Assembly: GCA_002633005.1 (NCBI GenBank)
Contig: NMRA01000803.1
Coordinates: 1-64,000, forward strand
Length of the DNA: 64,000 nucleotides
Direction: 5' to 3'
Origin: Phoronis australis
Lineage: Eukaryota; Animalia; Phoronida
Part shown: positions 1 to 12,472 of the stretch, piece by piece
How positions within the stretch are numbered: position 1 is the first letter of the stretch
Layout: each line of letters starts with the position of its first letter
Program-made: the position numbers and the translations under genes
The notes under the pieces: generated by a model
Databases searched by the model: none
Seen by the model: only the letters and a program-made list of their open reading frames with translations
Told to the model about the DNA's origin: nothing

Positions 1-546
1 CAAGAATAATTATAAACACGAATTTAGAGCATATTGTTGTTCAGATTGGTTGAGACCTTGCAATTTACACTTTAAATAAACTGACGGCCATGTTGCATAC
101 TTATATTCCTTGACCTTGAACCTCGGTCAACGGCATCTATTGGTCCACATGTGAACTACAATAACAGCGGATACAAACCACAAGTAGGAGTGGATAAACT
201 GGAAAAAGAAGAAAGAGACAAATCTCCAAGAAAATCACGCAGACTGTCAAATGCCACAAGAAGTGTTCGGAGAAGTACTTTTTTCTTGCCCCCAGAGTGT
301 ATCATATGCCAAAAGACTAAACGGACAACCGACAGTTGTTCCAGAAAATAAAAAATAGAACCGCTGCCCAACTTGGAAACCATATCTGGTAAGAACTTTA
401 CTTGTGTTGCCTATGTAAGGGCTGAAGCTGTATGTTTTTGTTAACTTTTATCTGCTCAAGCCCGTGTTAGTTACTGATTAAAAATCCCTTCATTCACGAA
501 TGAAAACCCCAAAACTAGATGTGAATTGTACTTTTTGACTGACAAA

Positions 547-917
547 TTCACGGGTGAGAAACAACATGACCGCCGGTCCTCTAAATCGGACTGACTCACC
601 CAAAACAGGACCTCCGGGGATCAAATGGGACCGTCGCACCAGAAAATGGGACTGACGCACCTAAAAACATGACCGCCCCACCACAAAACAGGACCGCCGG
701 GGACTTATGACATGACCGTCGGACAATATGCGGTTTCAATCCCCGGCGGTAATGTTCAGTCCCCGGCAGTCCTGTTTTCTGGTGGGCCGGTCATGTTTTT
801 AGGTGCGTCAGTCCCATTTCCTGGTGCGACATTCCCATTTGATCCCCGGAGGTCCTGTTTTGGGTCAGTCAGTCCGATTTAAGAGGACCGGCGGTAACGT
901 TGTTTCTCACCCGTGAA
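547..917. mobile_element. Foldback/MITE-like palindromic element with ~160 bp inverted arms
   Basis: 547-705 (ttcacgggtgagaaacaac...ccggggact) is the near-perfect reverse complement of 758-917 (agtccccgg...gttgtttctcacccgtgaa); arms contain short internal repeats; no TSD recognised. Confidence 0.8.
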
Positions 918-3045
918 GCTGAATAACACAAAGAACTCGTTTCTTAATCTCTCTCATTGAAAAGAAAACATCTCCTTTCAACTGATTACATCCTTTGGTC
1001 GCACCATTTCGCGAGACGACAATCAATGAGCTATACCAGGAGTATAGCTCATTGCGACAATGAAACATTTCATTTAAAATTGGTGATAATATCTGGCTGC
1101 TCCAATTGACACTAAAGCGCGCACTGCGTTCAGATGAACCGTTCTCAGCTGTCCGATTCACGGTTACTGGGGATTCGTTGCGCAATTTTGGTTTACACAT
1201 AGACACGCGAGTTGGAACAGGTAAATATTGTTTCACGTTGTGTCAGAATTTCTCTACGCGATACATATATCTCGAGTAGGCCTACTTGGATGTCAAATCA
1301 ACCCCTCTCTCTTTTTCTAGTGTCAAAATTAGGTGAAACTGGAATTTTGTTACTTATTCAATAGAATGCAAGAAATAAAGCATTATAGGGAGTTTTAAGC
1401 TTATTCATGTGGAGAAAATTGCCAAAGGGAAGAAAATTTAAAAATTAAATTTGAACGTTTTCAGTTCAAACCGTGCGTCGAGATGAAAGTGTTTCCAAAT
1501 TTCACAAAAATGATTATTTACATGAACTGGTTTTCTTGCCGTCGTATAAGTACGTATTGTGCATGTTCGACTATCTTTGGAATCGGAATATACATTTCAT
1601 CAGTTCGTGACAACGTGTTTATACTTGTCAAAACAAAGGTTCAAAACATGCACCACAACAAGGTTTTATTAACTGTTTTTCTCGCCTTCCCTGACTATCA
1701 GAAACTTTCGTTGGATACGGGACCGTGAGTTCTCGACTGTTTTTTTTTTGAATCTGCCGTACCAGATGTCCTTTTATTTCCCAAGAAGATTAAATCTAGG
1801 CCCTCGATAGATGGACGGAGAATTAGACGAGGGAAATGAATCTACACGTGAAGAGTCTGATTGCAATAAAACGATCAAACAAGTTAGCATTGATCAAGAC
1901 GCGCGGATATGCACTGCGCATATACAGGAGACGGGCATCTCACGTGATAACGTTAATTCTGTTTCATTTATTTATTATTGTGATATTTAAAATGAGGGTG
2001 GCCTCTTCAGTGATAGCACTGCTTTCCAAGAGGGCCGTCATTCTGAACTTGTACTTCGAAAAATCGCCGAAACTCTTGATTACGGTTACCAGCAAATCCA
2101 CATTAGGCACACGTTTTCCTGACAGCCCGATCGCCAAAGCGAGTTTCCTATGAACAGCTCCCTTTCAGTCACCACTGCTTTGTCAATAACGATCTTCAAA
2201 GGAAACACTATTCTTGGAATTCTTTCGGAAAAGTGTCGATATTTTACCGTTATGAAACCATCAAGAATATTACCTCCGTCACAATCCTATCTTTCTATTT
2301 CGGTCTTTTCCTTTGTTTTTTGTTCCTGATTTTTATACCAAATGATATGCAATTTTAAAAAAGGAAAAAGAGCCACAGATGACTCCATTAGCCCTCGCAA
2401 GAGATGGGCTCCTGAAAAATACAAATTTCCTTTCCCTGAAAATTGTCTTCTTGAATGTCTGAAATAAAATGTCTAAATAAACTTGCTCTGGAAAAAATCT
2501 GCATAACAAGTGTGCAAAAATGATCCAATATTACAGTACGTTTTTAAGTGGCGGTAGACGAACCAGAGGTGGACTTACAAAAATGCCCTGACACATGTCT
2601 CAGAATGGTAAATCCACCACTGGCAGTTGGCAAATAATTTCAAAATTGTTCTCTCTTTTGCATATTTCGTTGTGTCTCCTCAGTTTCCCCACCTGACCCT
2701 ACACCGGCCCGCTCTACGTATCCCGCTCGCCACCACGGTTCCAACCTTATACCTGTAAAACATTGGAAATTGGGCACGTACCCTCCCAATCACTCCCCGC
2801 TTCTACATGCCTATTTAGTGTGGGTGCGCTGATCCCCAAATTTTATGATTGGGAATAGCTCGCCTTTTTCAACACCCCCCCGGCGCTATACCTACGCCAA
2901 CGTATTCTCAGTGGTTAAGTACACTTGTCTACAATTTGTGTACATACTTCAATCCATACTGAGTGGTTTAGTAAACTTGTTTACAATTTGCATTTTAGCT
3001 TTCGAGTGCTCGGCTCTTTTGCATGTTGATTATTGCGCTCTAGGT

Positions 3046-3571
3046 CTACGGAAGAAAACGATGGGGTTGGTGCATTCAGGCTCCGTTCAGTTCCTTCAAC
3101 AAACTGCAAGAGACCCCGTGGCTACATCAGTTCGGGACGGAGCTACCGCCAATTAAAAGGACATCAGGAAACTCGTTTACTAAAACGTTGTTTAAAGGGA
3201 AAGCTATTTGGTCGTCAAGCAAAAATCATAAAGTTACACAATCGTATGCAATGGATGTTGCACTTACAAATTCGGGTCAAGAATGCTTCAAGGAACCCTT
3301 GGACCTATCCCTGAATGCCGATAGGAAGGGTGAAATTTCTTCAACCAGCGAAACTGTGCCACAGTATGAGTGTCCTGGTGTCATTGTTACGCCTACATCG
3401 ACCCCACGTGATCAAAACGTGGCAGAGTTTTCTGTACTCAGAGGTCTTCTCGTCGGAGCACCAATCAAAGACCACGTTTGCACCAAGGAACAAATGTTAA
3501 ACAAGTTTCGCGCAAAAGTAAGTTACAATCCCGAAGTAATGTTAACTAAAAGCACGGTACTTCTTGAGTAA
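3046..3571 (+). pseudogene. Frameshifted paralog of ORF 6828-7271; unknown protein with PLDLS and LxxLL motifs
   Basis: ORF 3033-3314 (GYISSGRSYRQLKGHQETRLLKRCLKGKL) and ORF 3188-3571 (ECFKEPLDLSL...DQNVAEFSVLRGLL) together align with the single ORF 6828-7271, which needs a frame change at about 3220-3270. Confidence 0.5.
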
Positions 3572-4919
3572 CGGATGGGCTTCTAGAAATTGTGAATTTA
3601 TTGAAGTCTTTTTCCTGACGTGTGTATTTCTATATCACGTGCAACGCCTTCACACCTTGTCCAACACTTTTGGCTTTAAATATGCCGAAACGTGGCTCCC
3701 AGTTCTTAATTGCTAAATTAGAGTTCTATATGGCGATAGTTCAAAGAGCCTTTGGTCCGAGTCAGTTGATTTTCCTAAATCAAGTCATCATACTCTCGAT
3801 CTATTGTTCTCATTGTTATTTTATCAGCTAATGTCCGTTAGTCCTCAGGGCCGATAGTCCGAAGGAGGTCTTAAGTCCTAATGACCGAGTAGTCCGCAGT
3901 GTCTTGGTTTATTTTTCAATTTCGAGAAACGATCTTGGTCGATAGTCCGACTGGGCATTGATCCGTACGAAAATTGATCTTGACAGAAACGAGGTGATGA
4001 AATGTCATCAATAAAACATAAATGCCTCAAAATTTAGAATATTTTTACGATATACCGTTACTAAAAAAAGTGCATTTCGAGTTTCGACCCAAAAATTTCG
4101 TGTCTATTCGTTACTAGTCGGGCGTTTAGATGTCAAAAATTTAACGCTTTAATCCGCCGCCAGGCAAATGAAAGCGCTCTGAAGAGCGACAATTGGGGAA
4201 ATCGGATGGAAATTTAGAGATTAGATAGACGACGAAACGAAAAACACCAGCAACTGTGACCCCGACACATATTTTACCGAAGTACAGTAATTGTAAACAA
4301 AATTACTTAATAAACACAATTATCAATCAGAAAAATCTCGAATAGTTCGAGAACGGTCAGTCGTAACCAGAAACCAATAACGCACTGCATAAAGCTCTTG
4401 GTGCAATCTATTTATAGACCAACTGACCAGTAAATCTCGAATATCTCGAGAACAGTAAGTCGTACTGGGAAACAGATGACACACTGCAGATAGCACTAGG
4501 CGATATCTGATCATATTCCCACTTTCAGAAAGGTCCGTGAAGCGACGCCGGAGATAATCGAGCAGTCACCGGAAAATTTCGAATAACTAAAAACAGTAGG
4601 TCCTATATAAAAACAATAGCCCTTGGGTGATCCACAAACATCAGAAAAATACGACCCAAAAATGAAGCTATGGTTAGGCATACCTAAAAAGTGGAAATGG
4701 CCGTCTGAGCTCCATCTTGCGTCAGATTTCAACCAAAAACAAATCATTGAGCTATTCACGATTTAAGTGTTTTATGTAAATTCTACCCTAATCGGATAGG
4801 AAATGCAACCTGTAGCATACGAACAAAGAGACAAACCAATTTTATGACAAAGCAAGTAAAAATTCACAAAGATGTAAAAATAGAAAATAAATAAGTGAAA
4901 CTACGAGTTTTCGCGTTTT

Positions 4920-5672
4920 GGAATATCGACCCGTCGAACTATCGGGCCTTCAGACTATCGGCCCTTCAGACTATCGACCCTTGAGACTATCTGCACTATG
5001 GACTATCGGCCCTTCAGACTATCTGCACTATGGACTATCGGCCCTTGAGACTATCTGCACTACGGACTATAGGCCCTTCNNNNNNNNNNNNNNNNNNNNN
5101 NNNNNNNNNNNNNNNNNNNNNNNNNNNNNNNNNNNNNNNNNNNNNNNNNNNNNNNNNNNNNNNNNNNNNNNNNNNNNNNNNNNNNNNNNNNNNNNNNNNN
5201 NNNNNNNNNNNNNNNNNNNNNNNNNNNNNNNNNNNNNNNNNNNNNNNNNNNNNNNNNNNNNNNNNNNNNNNNNNNNNNNNNNNNNNNNNNNNNNNNNNNN
5301 NNNNNNNNNNNNNNNNNNNNNNNNNNNNNNNNNNNNNNNNNNNNNNNNNNNNNNNNNNNNNNNNNNNNNNNNNNNNNNNNNNNNNNNNNNNNNNNNNNNN
5401 NNNNNNNCTTGAGACTATCTGCACTACGGACTATAGGCCATTCAGACTATCGGCACTTGAGACTATCTGCACTACGGACTATAGGCCCTTCAGACTATCG
5501 GCCCTTGAGACTATCTGCACTACGGACTATAGGCCCTTCGGACTATCGGCCCTTGAGACTATCTGCACTACGGACTATAGGCCCTTCGGACTATCGGCCC
5601 TTCGACTATCGGCCCTTGAGACTATCTGCACTACGGACTATAGGCCCTTCGCACTATCGGCCCTTCAGACTA
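4920..5672 (+). repeat. Tandem array of a ~16 bp unit (gactatcggcccttca and variants) with ~47 bp higher-order period, spanning an assembly gap
   Basis: Repeated gactatcggccctt / gagactatctgcactacggactataggcccttc on both sides of the N-run 5080-5407; inverted copies of the unit at about 3845-3955 suggest subterminal repeats of a DNA element. Confidence 0.9.
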
Positions 5673-6827
5673 ACGAGCCAACCTCCTCCATTAGATATTG
5701 GCGGTGATTGCGAAAGTGACAGAAAAACTTTACTATTCCTGCACAGCCAAAATTAGGGAGACCGTTTCTAGATCAACCAATATACCAACTTGCCAGGATA
5801 GCGTTCTAAGAGACATTCATTTCACACCACCCAGTTGGTGGGCTAATGAGACATAGACCTATTATATGGTATTGATGTTGTCAGGGAATTTTCAAGTTTT
5901 ACGAACACAGAAACTGATGACGCATTGGTAAAGCGCTTTAACCTTTTCAACCAGGAAGTTCGTTTCTTGGAGTGGAATGCTAGTCCTTTGCCTACCTCCT
6001 ATCACGGCGACACCTATACTGAAAAGTGGCCCTGTGGAAACATGATGAACAACACACGGAATTTCGTGTATGGGCATCACTGCGCATGCCTGTGTCGCAA
6101 ATATACAGATCACATCGATACCACTTGCACACGCATATACTGTACTTGTTTAGGCTTAAGCCAAGGGATCGGGGTTCTCTTGATTTCTTTTACGTTGGTC
6201 AGTTCCTGTTTTAATAAATTGCACCTATTCAAGTCAAAGGTGGTCGCCATACTACTGTAACAAAAAACTGACAGGGGTTTTCCAGTTTCCAACCAGTGGG
6301 AATGACTGAATGTTATGACGTCGGTTTTTCTATCTTTATATTAACAAATGAGAAGCTATGCTAAACAACATTTGACGGTGCTACCTTTCGTAACACCGTG
6401 AAAGAGTACAGTCCTTTGCCATTCGTTCATCACCAAAGTGCTAAGAACCGTCAATCCATGGTCATAGCTGTCAGAACTCCCCGCCCACCAGCCCCCTTTT
6501 GCGACTACTAACGAAAAAGTTATCCCTTGAATCGCTTTCCAGTGTACAAGTTGTGGATTTACCAAGAATTTAGCTTATAAACCCCCAATGATGACGAAAC
6601 TTTGGGAATGAATGTGGTGACGTAGGAGCATGAAGGGGTAGCGACCGTGGTATGAATTTGGTGGCAGTCGTGGCTAAAGTTGGCAGTCGCTTTTCGTGCG
6701 ATCACATCGCACCTGATCCTACCCTTTAAATCAATTAGCATTTTAGCTGGAAAATACTTATATTTTTGTCATGTTGATTGTCTTCTAGATCCGTTGTTCT
6801 TCAAATGAGTTTAAGAAAACGATCCCG

Positions 6828-7271
6828 ATGATGTTTCTAACTCAACGATTGATGCAAAAAGACTCTGAAAGAGAAGCAAGTGCAAGTACTTCTAAAAGAC
6901 CGGAGAAACACCATGGTTACCCCTGTTTCAAACAGAGCTATCGACAACTAAATGAAAATCGGGAAACTCAGTTTTCAAAAAGTTGTTTGAAGGAAAAGCT
7001 AATCGGTGTTCGTGGTTCGGTATGTGTTTGTAATCGTATCAAACTTAGCGCATCATATAGATCAAACAAAGGTCGCGGAGACGTTCTGTCGTATCCAAAG
7101 TGCAATCTATATACAAATCGGTGTCCAGAATGCTGCGAGGAACCATTGGATCTATCCCTGAAAAGCGATACGACAAGGGAAGTTTCCTCAACCGTACCCC
7201 AGTCTGATCAAAACGCGAAACAATTTTCTATACTCAGAAATCTTCTCACCAGAGTGCATAGGCGGATTTAG
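6828..7271 (+). CDS. Unknown protein or exon (147 aa ORF) with PLDLS (CtBP-type) and LxxLL motifs; 3' end cut by a repeat
   Basis: Open frame containing EEPLDLSL and QFSILRNLL; paralogous to 3046-3571; preceded by similar acceptor-like context (catgttgatt..tctag); a GC-rich MITE-like head (cataggcggatttaggggg) starts near 7256. Confidence 0.4.
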   Translation: MMFLTQRLMQKDSEREASASTSKRPEKHHGYPCFKQSYRQLNENRETQFSKSCLKEKLIGVRGSVCVCNRIKLSASYRSNKGRGDVLSYPKCNLYTNRCPECCEEPLDLSLKSDTTREVSSTVPQSDQNAKQFSILRNLLTRVHRRI

Positions 7272-8328
7272 GGGGGCAGCCGCCCCCCTTTGGCTGCAGC
7301 AAGCAAAATGAAACAGCAACAGCGTGAAGTGTGTGCCATGTTTCGAAATATCGGTCCTCGGCCCAACGAACTATTGCCTGAGGGAATTTCATTTCGGACA
7401 ATGGCCCCTTTTTGTTGAGCCGATCTTTCATTAGATGTTAGTGGAGTCCATAAAAGTGAGGGACAAATTTTAGGTATATCAGTTTCCACCGATTCAAATG
7501 TGGAGAAACTTCAGTAAGTCATTCACCTCTGTTAGTTGCGTCAGACTGACCGCCAAAAGCTAGAACTAGCGTGTAATCTGTATAGGTCCGACTTAGCGCA
7601 ACGGCTGAAATAGACACAACTTTGGAATTGTGTCTGGGTAAGCAGTGCAGGCGTATATTGATACCAGCATGTGTTTTGTCGGGGAAGTATTCTGGATAGT
7701 GATGAGATGTCCCACTAAAAAGGACGCACGTGTCCCACTACAAGTTTAAAGACAGTGTTTTATATTACACAGAACTGTAGGCCAACTCTCACACGTGACT
7801 CGTGCATTCTTTTCTTGCCGCCCCGAGATTTCACGAGATTAGCTGCGAATGTTTGCACCGTGAATTTCCGCTTGCCTGCTAGACAGATTGTTGATCTAGT
7901 GTTGATCTTGTATTGTAGTTTTTTTTTAATGTTTATTACGAAATCTTCAGAATACAATTAATGAATATACATAAACCAGAAAGCGCCAAGAGGCATTAGA
8001 TCTGGGAAAAAAAAACCCAAGGAAGTCTATATACAATTATAATACACGAATACATAAATTAAAAACTGATGTTAAGATTACAATGATAAAAGAAATTAGG
8101 CATCCGATAAAGGACATATTATTATATGTCTTCACTTTTCCAAATTATAAAAAATACAGGAGGACCATAGGGACTCATAACTAATAACTGGAAAGATTGG
8201 GCACAGAAAAAAACAGGACCGAATACCGAAACTTTTAATTACAAGACCTTAGCTGCGAACACTATAATCTATGAACATCAGTTGGTTTGGTGCCCTGCAC
8301 GCCATCTTTCTCAAGTTCTTGTTCGCCA

Positions 8329-8960
8329 CTATTCACTGAAGGTGGGAATCTCATTGATGTTGTCAACTGTATAGGTTTTGCCGTCAATCATCAACCGATC
8401 TCTATTCAGCCATGCTTTGTTTACCTGCGGGCACCGTCTCGCTGACTTGAGAAAAGGTATCAGGCGCTTTCGATTGACAATAGTCTCATGTGGGAAGTCC
8501 TCGTTCACAAAAATTTTCGAACCTTGAAACTTTCTCTTTCCCATCCACACTTGTTGTTGTTTATAGAACGAAAACTTAGCAATTATAGTACCTTTATCGC
8601 CAATAGGGTGCACTCTTTCAAAAGAGATGTTGNGAAACTTTCTCTTTCCCATCCACACTTGTTGTCGAACGAAAATAGGGTGCACTCTTTCAAGAGAGGT
8701 GTTGTCAAGGCCCATATATCGCTTTAGCACTATAGATAAACTGTTCTCACACGACATATCCTGGGTTTGCGGGATCCCCACAAACACGAGATTGTTCCTT
8801 CTAGAATGCACTTCGAGAGATATGATTTTGGATTTCAAATACCCGTTTTCTTTGTCCAACAAAGCAATTTTCCGTCTGCACACTGTTTGGAATTTGCTAA
8901 GGCTTCTTCCGCAGTGTTAAAGGCTAAGTTTAACGATTCTTTTATGTGTGTTTATTTTTT
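8329..8960 (-). mobile_element. Non-LTR retrotransposon ORF1p remnant (L1/Transposase_22-type coiled coil + RRM + CTD)
   Basis: LEVHSRRNNLVFVGIP, FERVHPIG, IIAKF, KIFVNEDFP, RKRLIPFLK, AWLNRDRLMIDGKTY are typical ORF1p motifs; the upstream coiled-coil segment is in another frame; local duplication around the N at 8633. Confidence 0.75.
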
Positions 8961-9157
8961 TAACATAGATTGATCGTGTAAAGATTTTTGGCCAGTACCC
9001 AAAACAAATTCAATGTGAGGGTTTAACCGGCAAATTGTCGTCACACCGCGTTGAGGACAAAAACACGTGTACTAGAAAAATCGTCCGCCATCCGCTCTGT
9101 AGTATAGTCCACTGGAGGGCTAGGAAGCGAGACGTTGTCTGTGTGCCTCTTTTAATA

Positions 9158-9356
9158 ATGGACTTTGGAAAGTGTTTTCCAGTTTTTATATGTATCATGG
9201 TCAGTGTTATGCCTGCATGGACAATTCCAATCATGGACTGCACGCCCCTTCAATATTATAATGAGGGACTAGAACGCTGTCGTCCGTGCTCCGAGATTTG
9301 TGCAACAGAAATCAGAACCAGACTCGACAAGTGCTTGAAACATTTGTCGTGTAAGG
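9158..9356 (+). CDS. First coding exon of a TNF-receptor-like protein: signal peptide + TACI/BCMA/Grindelwald-type cysteine-rich domain
   Basis: ATG 9158; hydrophobic MDFGKCFPVFICIMVSVMPAWT followed by CTPLQYYNEGLERCRPCSEIC...C....C; GTGAGT donor at 9357 (phase 1). Downstream exons not found. Confidence 0.6.
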
Positions 9357-10767
9357 GTGAGTATAGGTTACATCAAATTGAAGGAACATTATCTTATTTA
9401 GGGCCGAAAATTCAGTTTGGGGATTACTTTGGATGGGATGCACTTGTTTAAGTTATTATAAGCTTTGACCAGAGTTATTTAATGACAAAATCCGTTGTGT
9501 TTTTGTTATTTGATTACGAATCGCCAATTCTCGCCGTTGTCTGCCAGACATCAGCTGAAATAAAGGCCGATGACTCTGCCACTTAAGATTTAAAATACTT
9601 TGATTTCATTTACGGAGTGCGATTTAGCTTAAAATGTTCTGCGATTTATGACAGCGGCGTTTATCTCCGCCAGCTGAGGGCATGACTGCGACCGCGGATG
9701 TTACAGGTTCCGCGCTGAAGTTGATTTATGAAAATCACTTCTCTCGCCAATAACGTCCCATTACACGACGGCAAACTATATTTCGAAAGAACTCTTACCA
9801 CTAAATTTATTAGCAAATCAGAAACGAGTTAACAGAAACTGATATTGTCGAAGCGCGTTATCGCGGCATTATTCTTTTTCAGTATTCCATTATGCTTTAA
9901 ATAAAAAATCAAATTAAGTAATAGAATGCAGAAAATAGCTTTTGACTGAAATCTGGCCAATTGGACGCCGAAGCGAGCGATACCGAACTTAACGCTGTAT
10001 GAAAAATGCTTGTGTGAAACGTACTAAACAAATATATACGAGGCTGTAATTTGTGAAATGTCTAGTCCTATTTTAATGATTTTTCAATTTTCGATTGATG
10101 AAACTGATTTCGTGTTTTAATTTGGTGATAGCTAGGACCAATATCCCTCCCAGGTGAAAGCAATGGAAAGTACAGTTGTATTTACACAATACACCCCATT
10201 CAACCGATGATATGCAAACAGCGCATTACCCTTTTGCACGCTCTGTTGGTTTTGCACAAATGATCCGGCGTTGTGCATTGTTGTTCAGGACACAATGCCG
10301 ATTGTCCAGTTCGCCTATTCCTGTGTAGTAGGGTGTGTAAACGCTATTCTCTTGGCATGTCGACAACGAGCAACATTTCAAGTTCGTTGCTCAGCCCAAA
10401 ACATAAAGACTAACGCCAATTGTCGGTTATTTCCAGTAGAAACATAGTCAAACACAGCAGTGATGTGAAAAGTAGGAAACCTGTAGGATTCAATTTTTGA
10501 CTTTATACACGAATATGCCCTTCATTGAGTACGTGTTTTTAGTATCAATATCATGACCAAATTTCATGTGGTGTAAACATTCAATAAGAAACATAAAAAA
10601 ATCTGTCAAGATTTCTAAATTCTCATTTTGTTTTCGCAACATTCGATTTTTCAAAAAATTTTACAGAAAAATTCATGATAGACAGCTAACTACAGAGAGA
10701 ACAGTGCATAACTCATAGTTTCTGAAAGTCTCTCTTGAATCTGATGAGACATTTCTGAGACAAGACG

Positions 10768-10909
10768 CAATGGCGGATTCAAGGGGGGAGCCGGGGGGCA
10801 TGCCCACCATGAAATTCTCCTAGATTCCATTTGGCAGTTCTGGGGTGCAAATTTGCTAGATAATACTCTGCCCTGCCCCCTCTAATTCAAAATCCTGGAT
10901 CCGCCCCTG
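10768..10909. mobile_element. MITE (ggcggatcc TIR family), 5 bp TSD AGACG
   Basis: Ends caatggcggattc / ggatccgcccctg; AGACG on both flanks; internal similarity to 33046-33199. Confidence 0.75.
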
Positions 10910-12472
10910 AGACGTTCTGAAGTTGGCTAAATTTTGCCATTTTTATGGTTGCTAATATTATACCTTAACTAAATCTAACGAGCACCCCAGCACTCCTCCT
11001 CAGCAGGTAATGCCATCTCTGAACTGTGTAATGGATGCTTTGACCAGTTGATTAATTGTTCACTAGCCATACCTTAGGCATCATTTCTGTACATANGAAA
11101 ATATGTCTAGGATAACCAACCAACCTTATTTTAGCACAAAATGACATGGAAAAAGGTTGCCTTCGCCTTTAAAGTATTTACTAAGTGTTACAAATGAAAG
11201 TCAGTCCTTTGGCCTTACTGTGGCTATTTTTATCAAGAGCGACGCGTTTTTCACGTTTATTTTAAATCTGGGCCAATATGAAAGACAAATTCGCGGTATT
11301 CTGCGCGTGCAACAGTTCATCTGAATTTTGAGATAAAAAAACTTGCAATGGGCGTTTACTCATATCGGATTTAAATAATGTTAACGCGGATATATACCCA
11401 CCTTCCATCACAAAAACCAACTTTTGATTCAGAACACTTGCCATAATAAAGTTGGCTTCAAATTTTTTCTTGGCCAAATACAAAGTAATTTCAGGTCTTC
11501 GAAAGAACACACAGTCCGTTATTGATTGAGACCAGGCTTTGCAAGGTACATCGTCACGGCGAATCACTGATTTATGCACCACACATGGTTGAGAGGAACA
11601 GCGTACAGTCAGTTGATGGTAAACCTCCAGATCTCTTCTCATCTTAGTAAGGATCAAGTTCAGACTAATTCTATTTGCAACAATTGGTCTCAATCCAAAA
11701 TTAACTATTTGGACAGAACGCGGGTTTGTAGCCGCTTCAAAGATATTCTACAGGCTTCATATTAGTTTGAAACTTCATAAAATAGGTTTTAACCCATCAG
11801 TTCAGTTGAAACGTATCCTAAATCATGCGCGCATCCATCCTAAAAAATGGGGGGCTCTAATTTTTTAGAATGAGGTCCTTTTACTAAAAAAAAACGGTGT
11901 ACGTTAGGAGCTATGAATTGTGCATTCACCGGTTTTTGGTAGATCTTGCCTTTTTAGTGAACTTTTGTCTCGTTTTCTACTTTTTCGGACTTCTTTTCTT
12001 GTTTCTCTGAGGTGTACCTTTTTGGCACCCGCCCCCCCCCCCTCCCGAGTGCGCGCATGCAAATAACGCTCCTTCAACACGTCAACAATATCTGATACAG
12101 TAACAAAAGCCACATCCAAGAAAACGCTCACGGATTTGACTTCAACAAAACCAAAGACTAGATGAGTCTGGTATTCAACAGTGAAATAACGTTTATGGTC
12201 AACCTTTGTTCCGACGATAATTACACGTGCGTCACAAGTTACTTTCCACAGATGAAGAGGAAACGTGTGTTGGCGAAATCAAGGCACTTAATATGAGAAA
12301 ATACAAAGTATAAAAATAAAAATAGCAAATTCAATCTCTGGCAAGATGTATAATAAAAGAAGTCACAAGAGATGTTGTTAAACAGCTATAGGATTAACTT
12401 TCAAATTTGAAGTTCTGAAATCAAAAAAAAACAAAGTGGTTTGCAGTGCGTCAGAACTTGGGCCCGTTGGTG

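Noticed and set aside
151-388. LPPECIICQK-containing short ORF, possibly a transposon-gene fragment
   Set aside because: Too short and interrupted by a stop to assign.
4918-5756. Long ORFs and a CRISPR-like look of the repeat array
   Set aside because: The ORFs result from tandem repeats and Ns; there are no unique spacers and no cas genes, and the context is eukaryotic.
5856-6260. Cys/His-rich open frame
   Set aside because: No recognisable domain or splice context.
8526-8705. Internal duplication in the LINE ORF1 remnant
   Set aside because: Centred on a single N (8633), so probably a contig-join artefact.
11262-11693. 143 aa minus-strand ORF
   Set aside because: No recognisable motifs; likely chance or decayed sequence.
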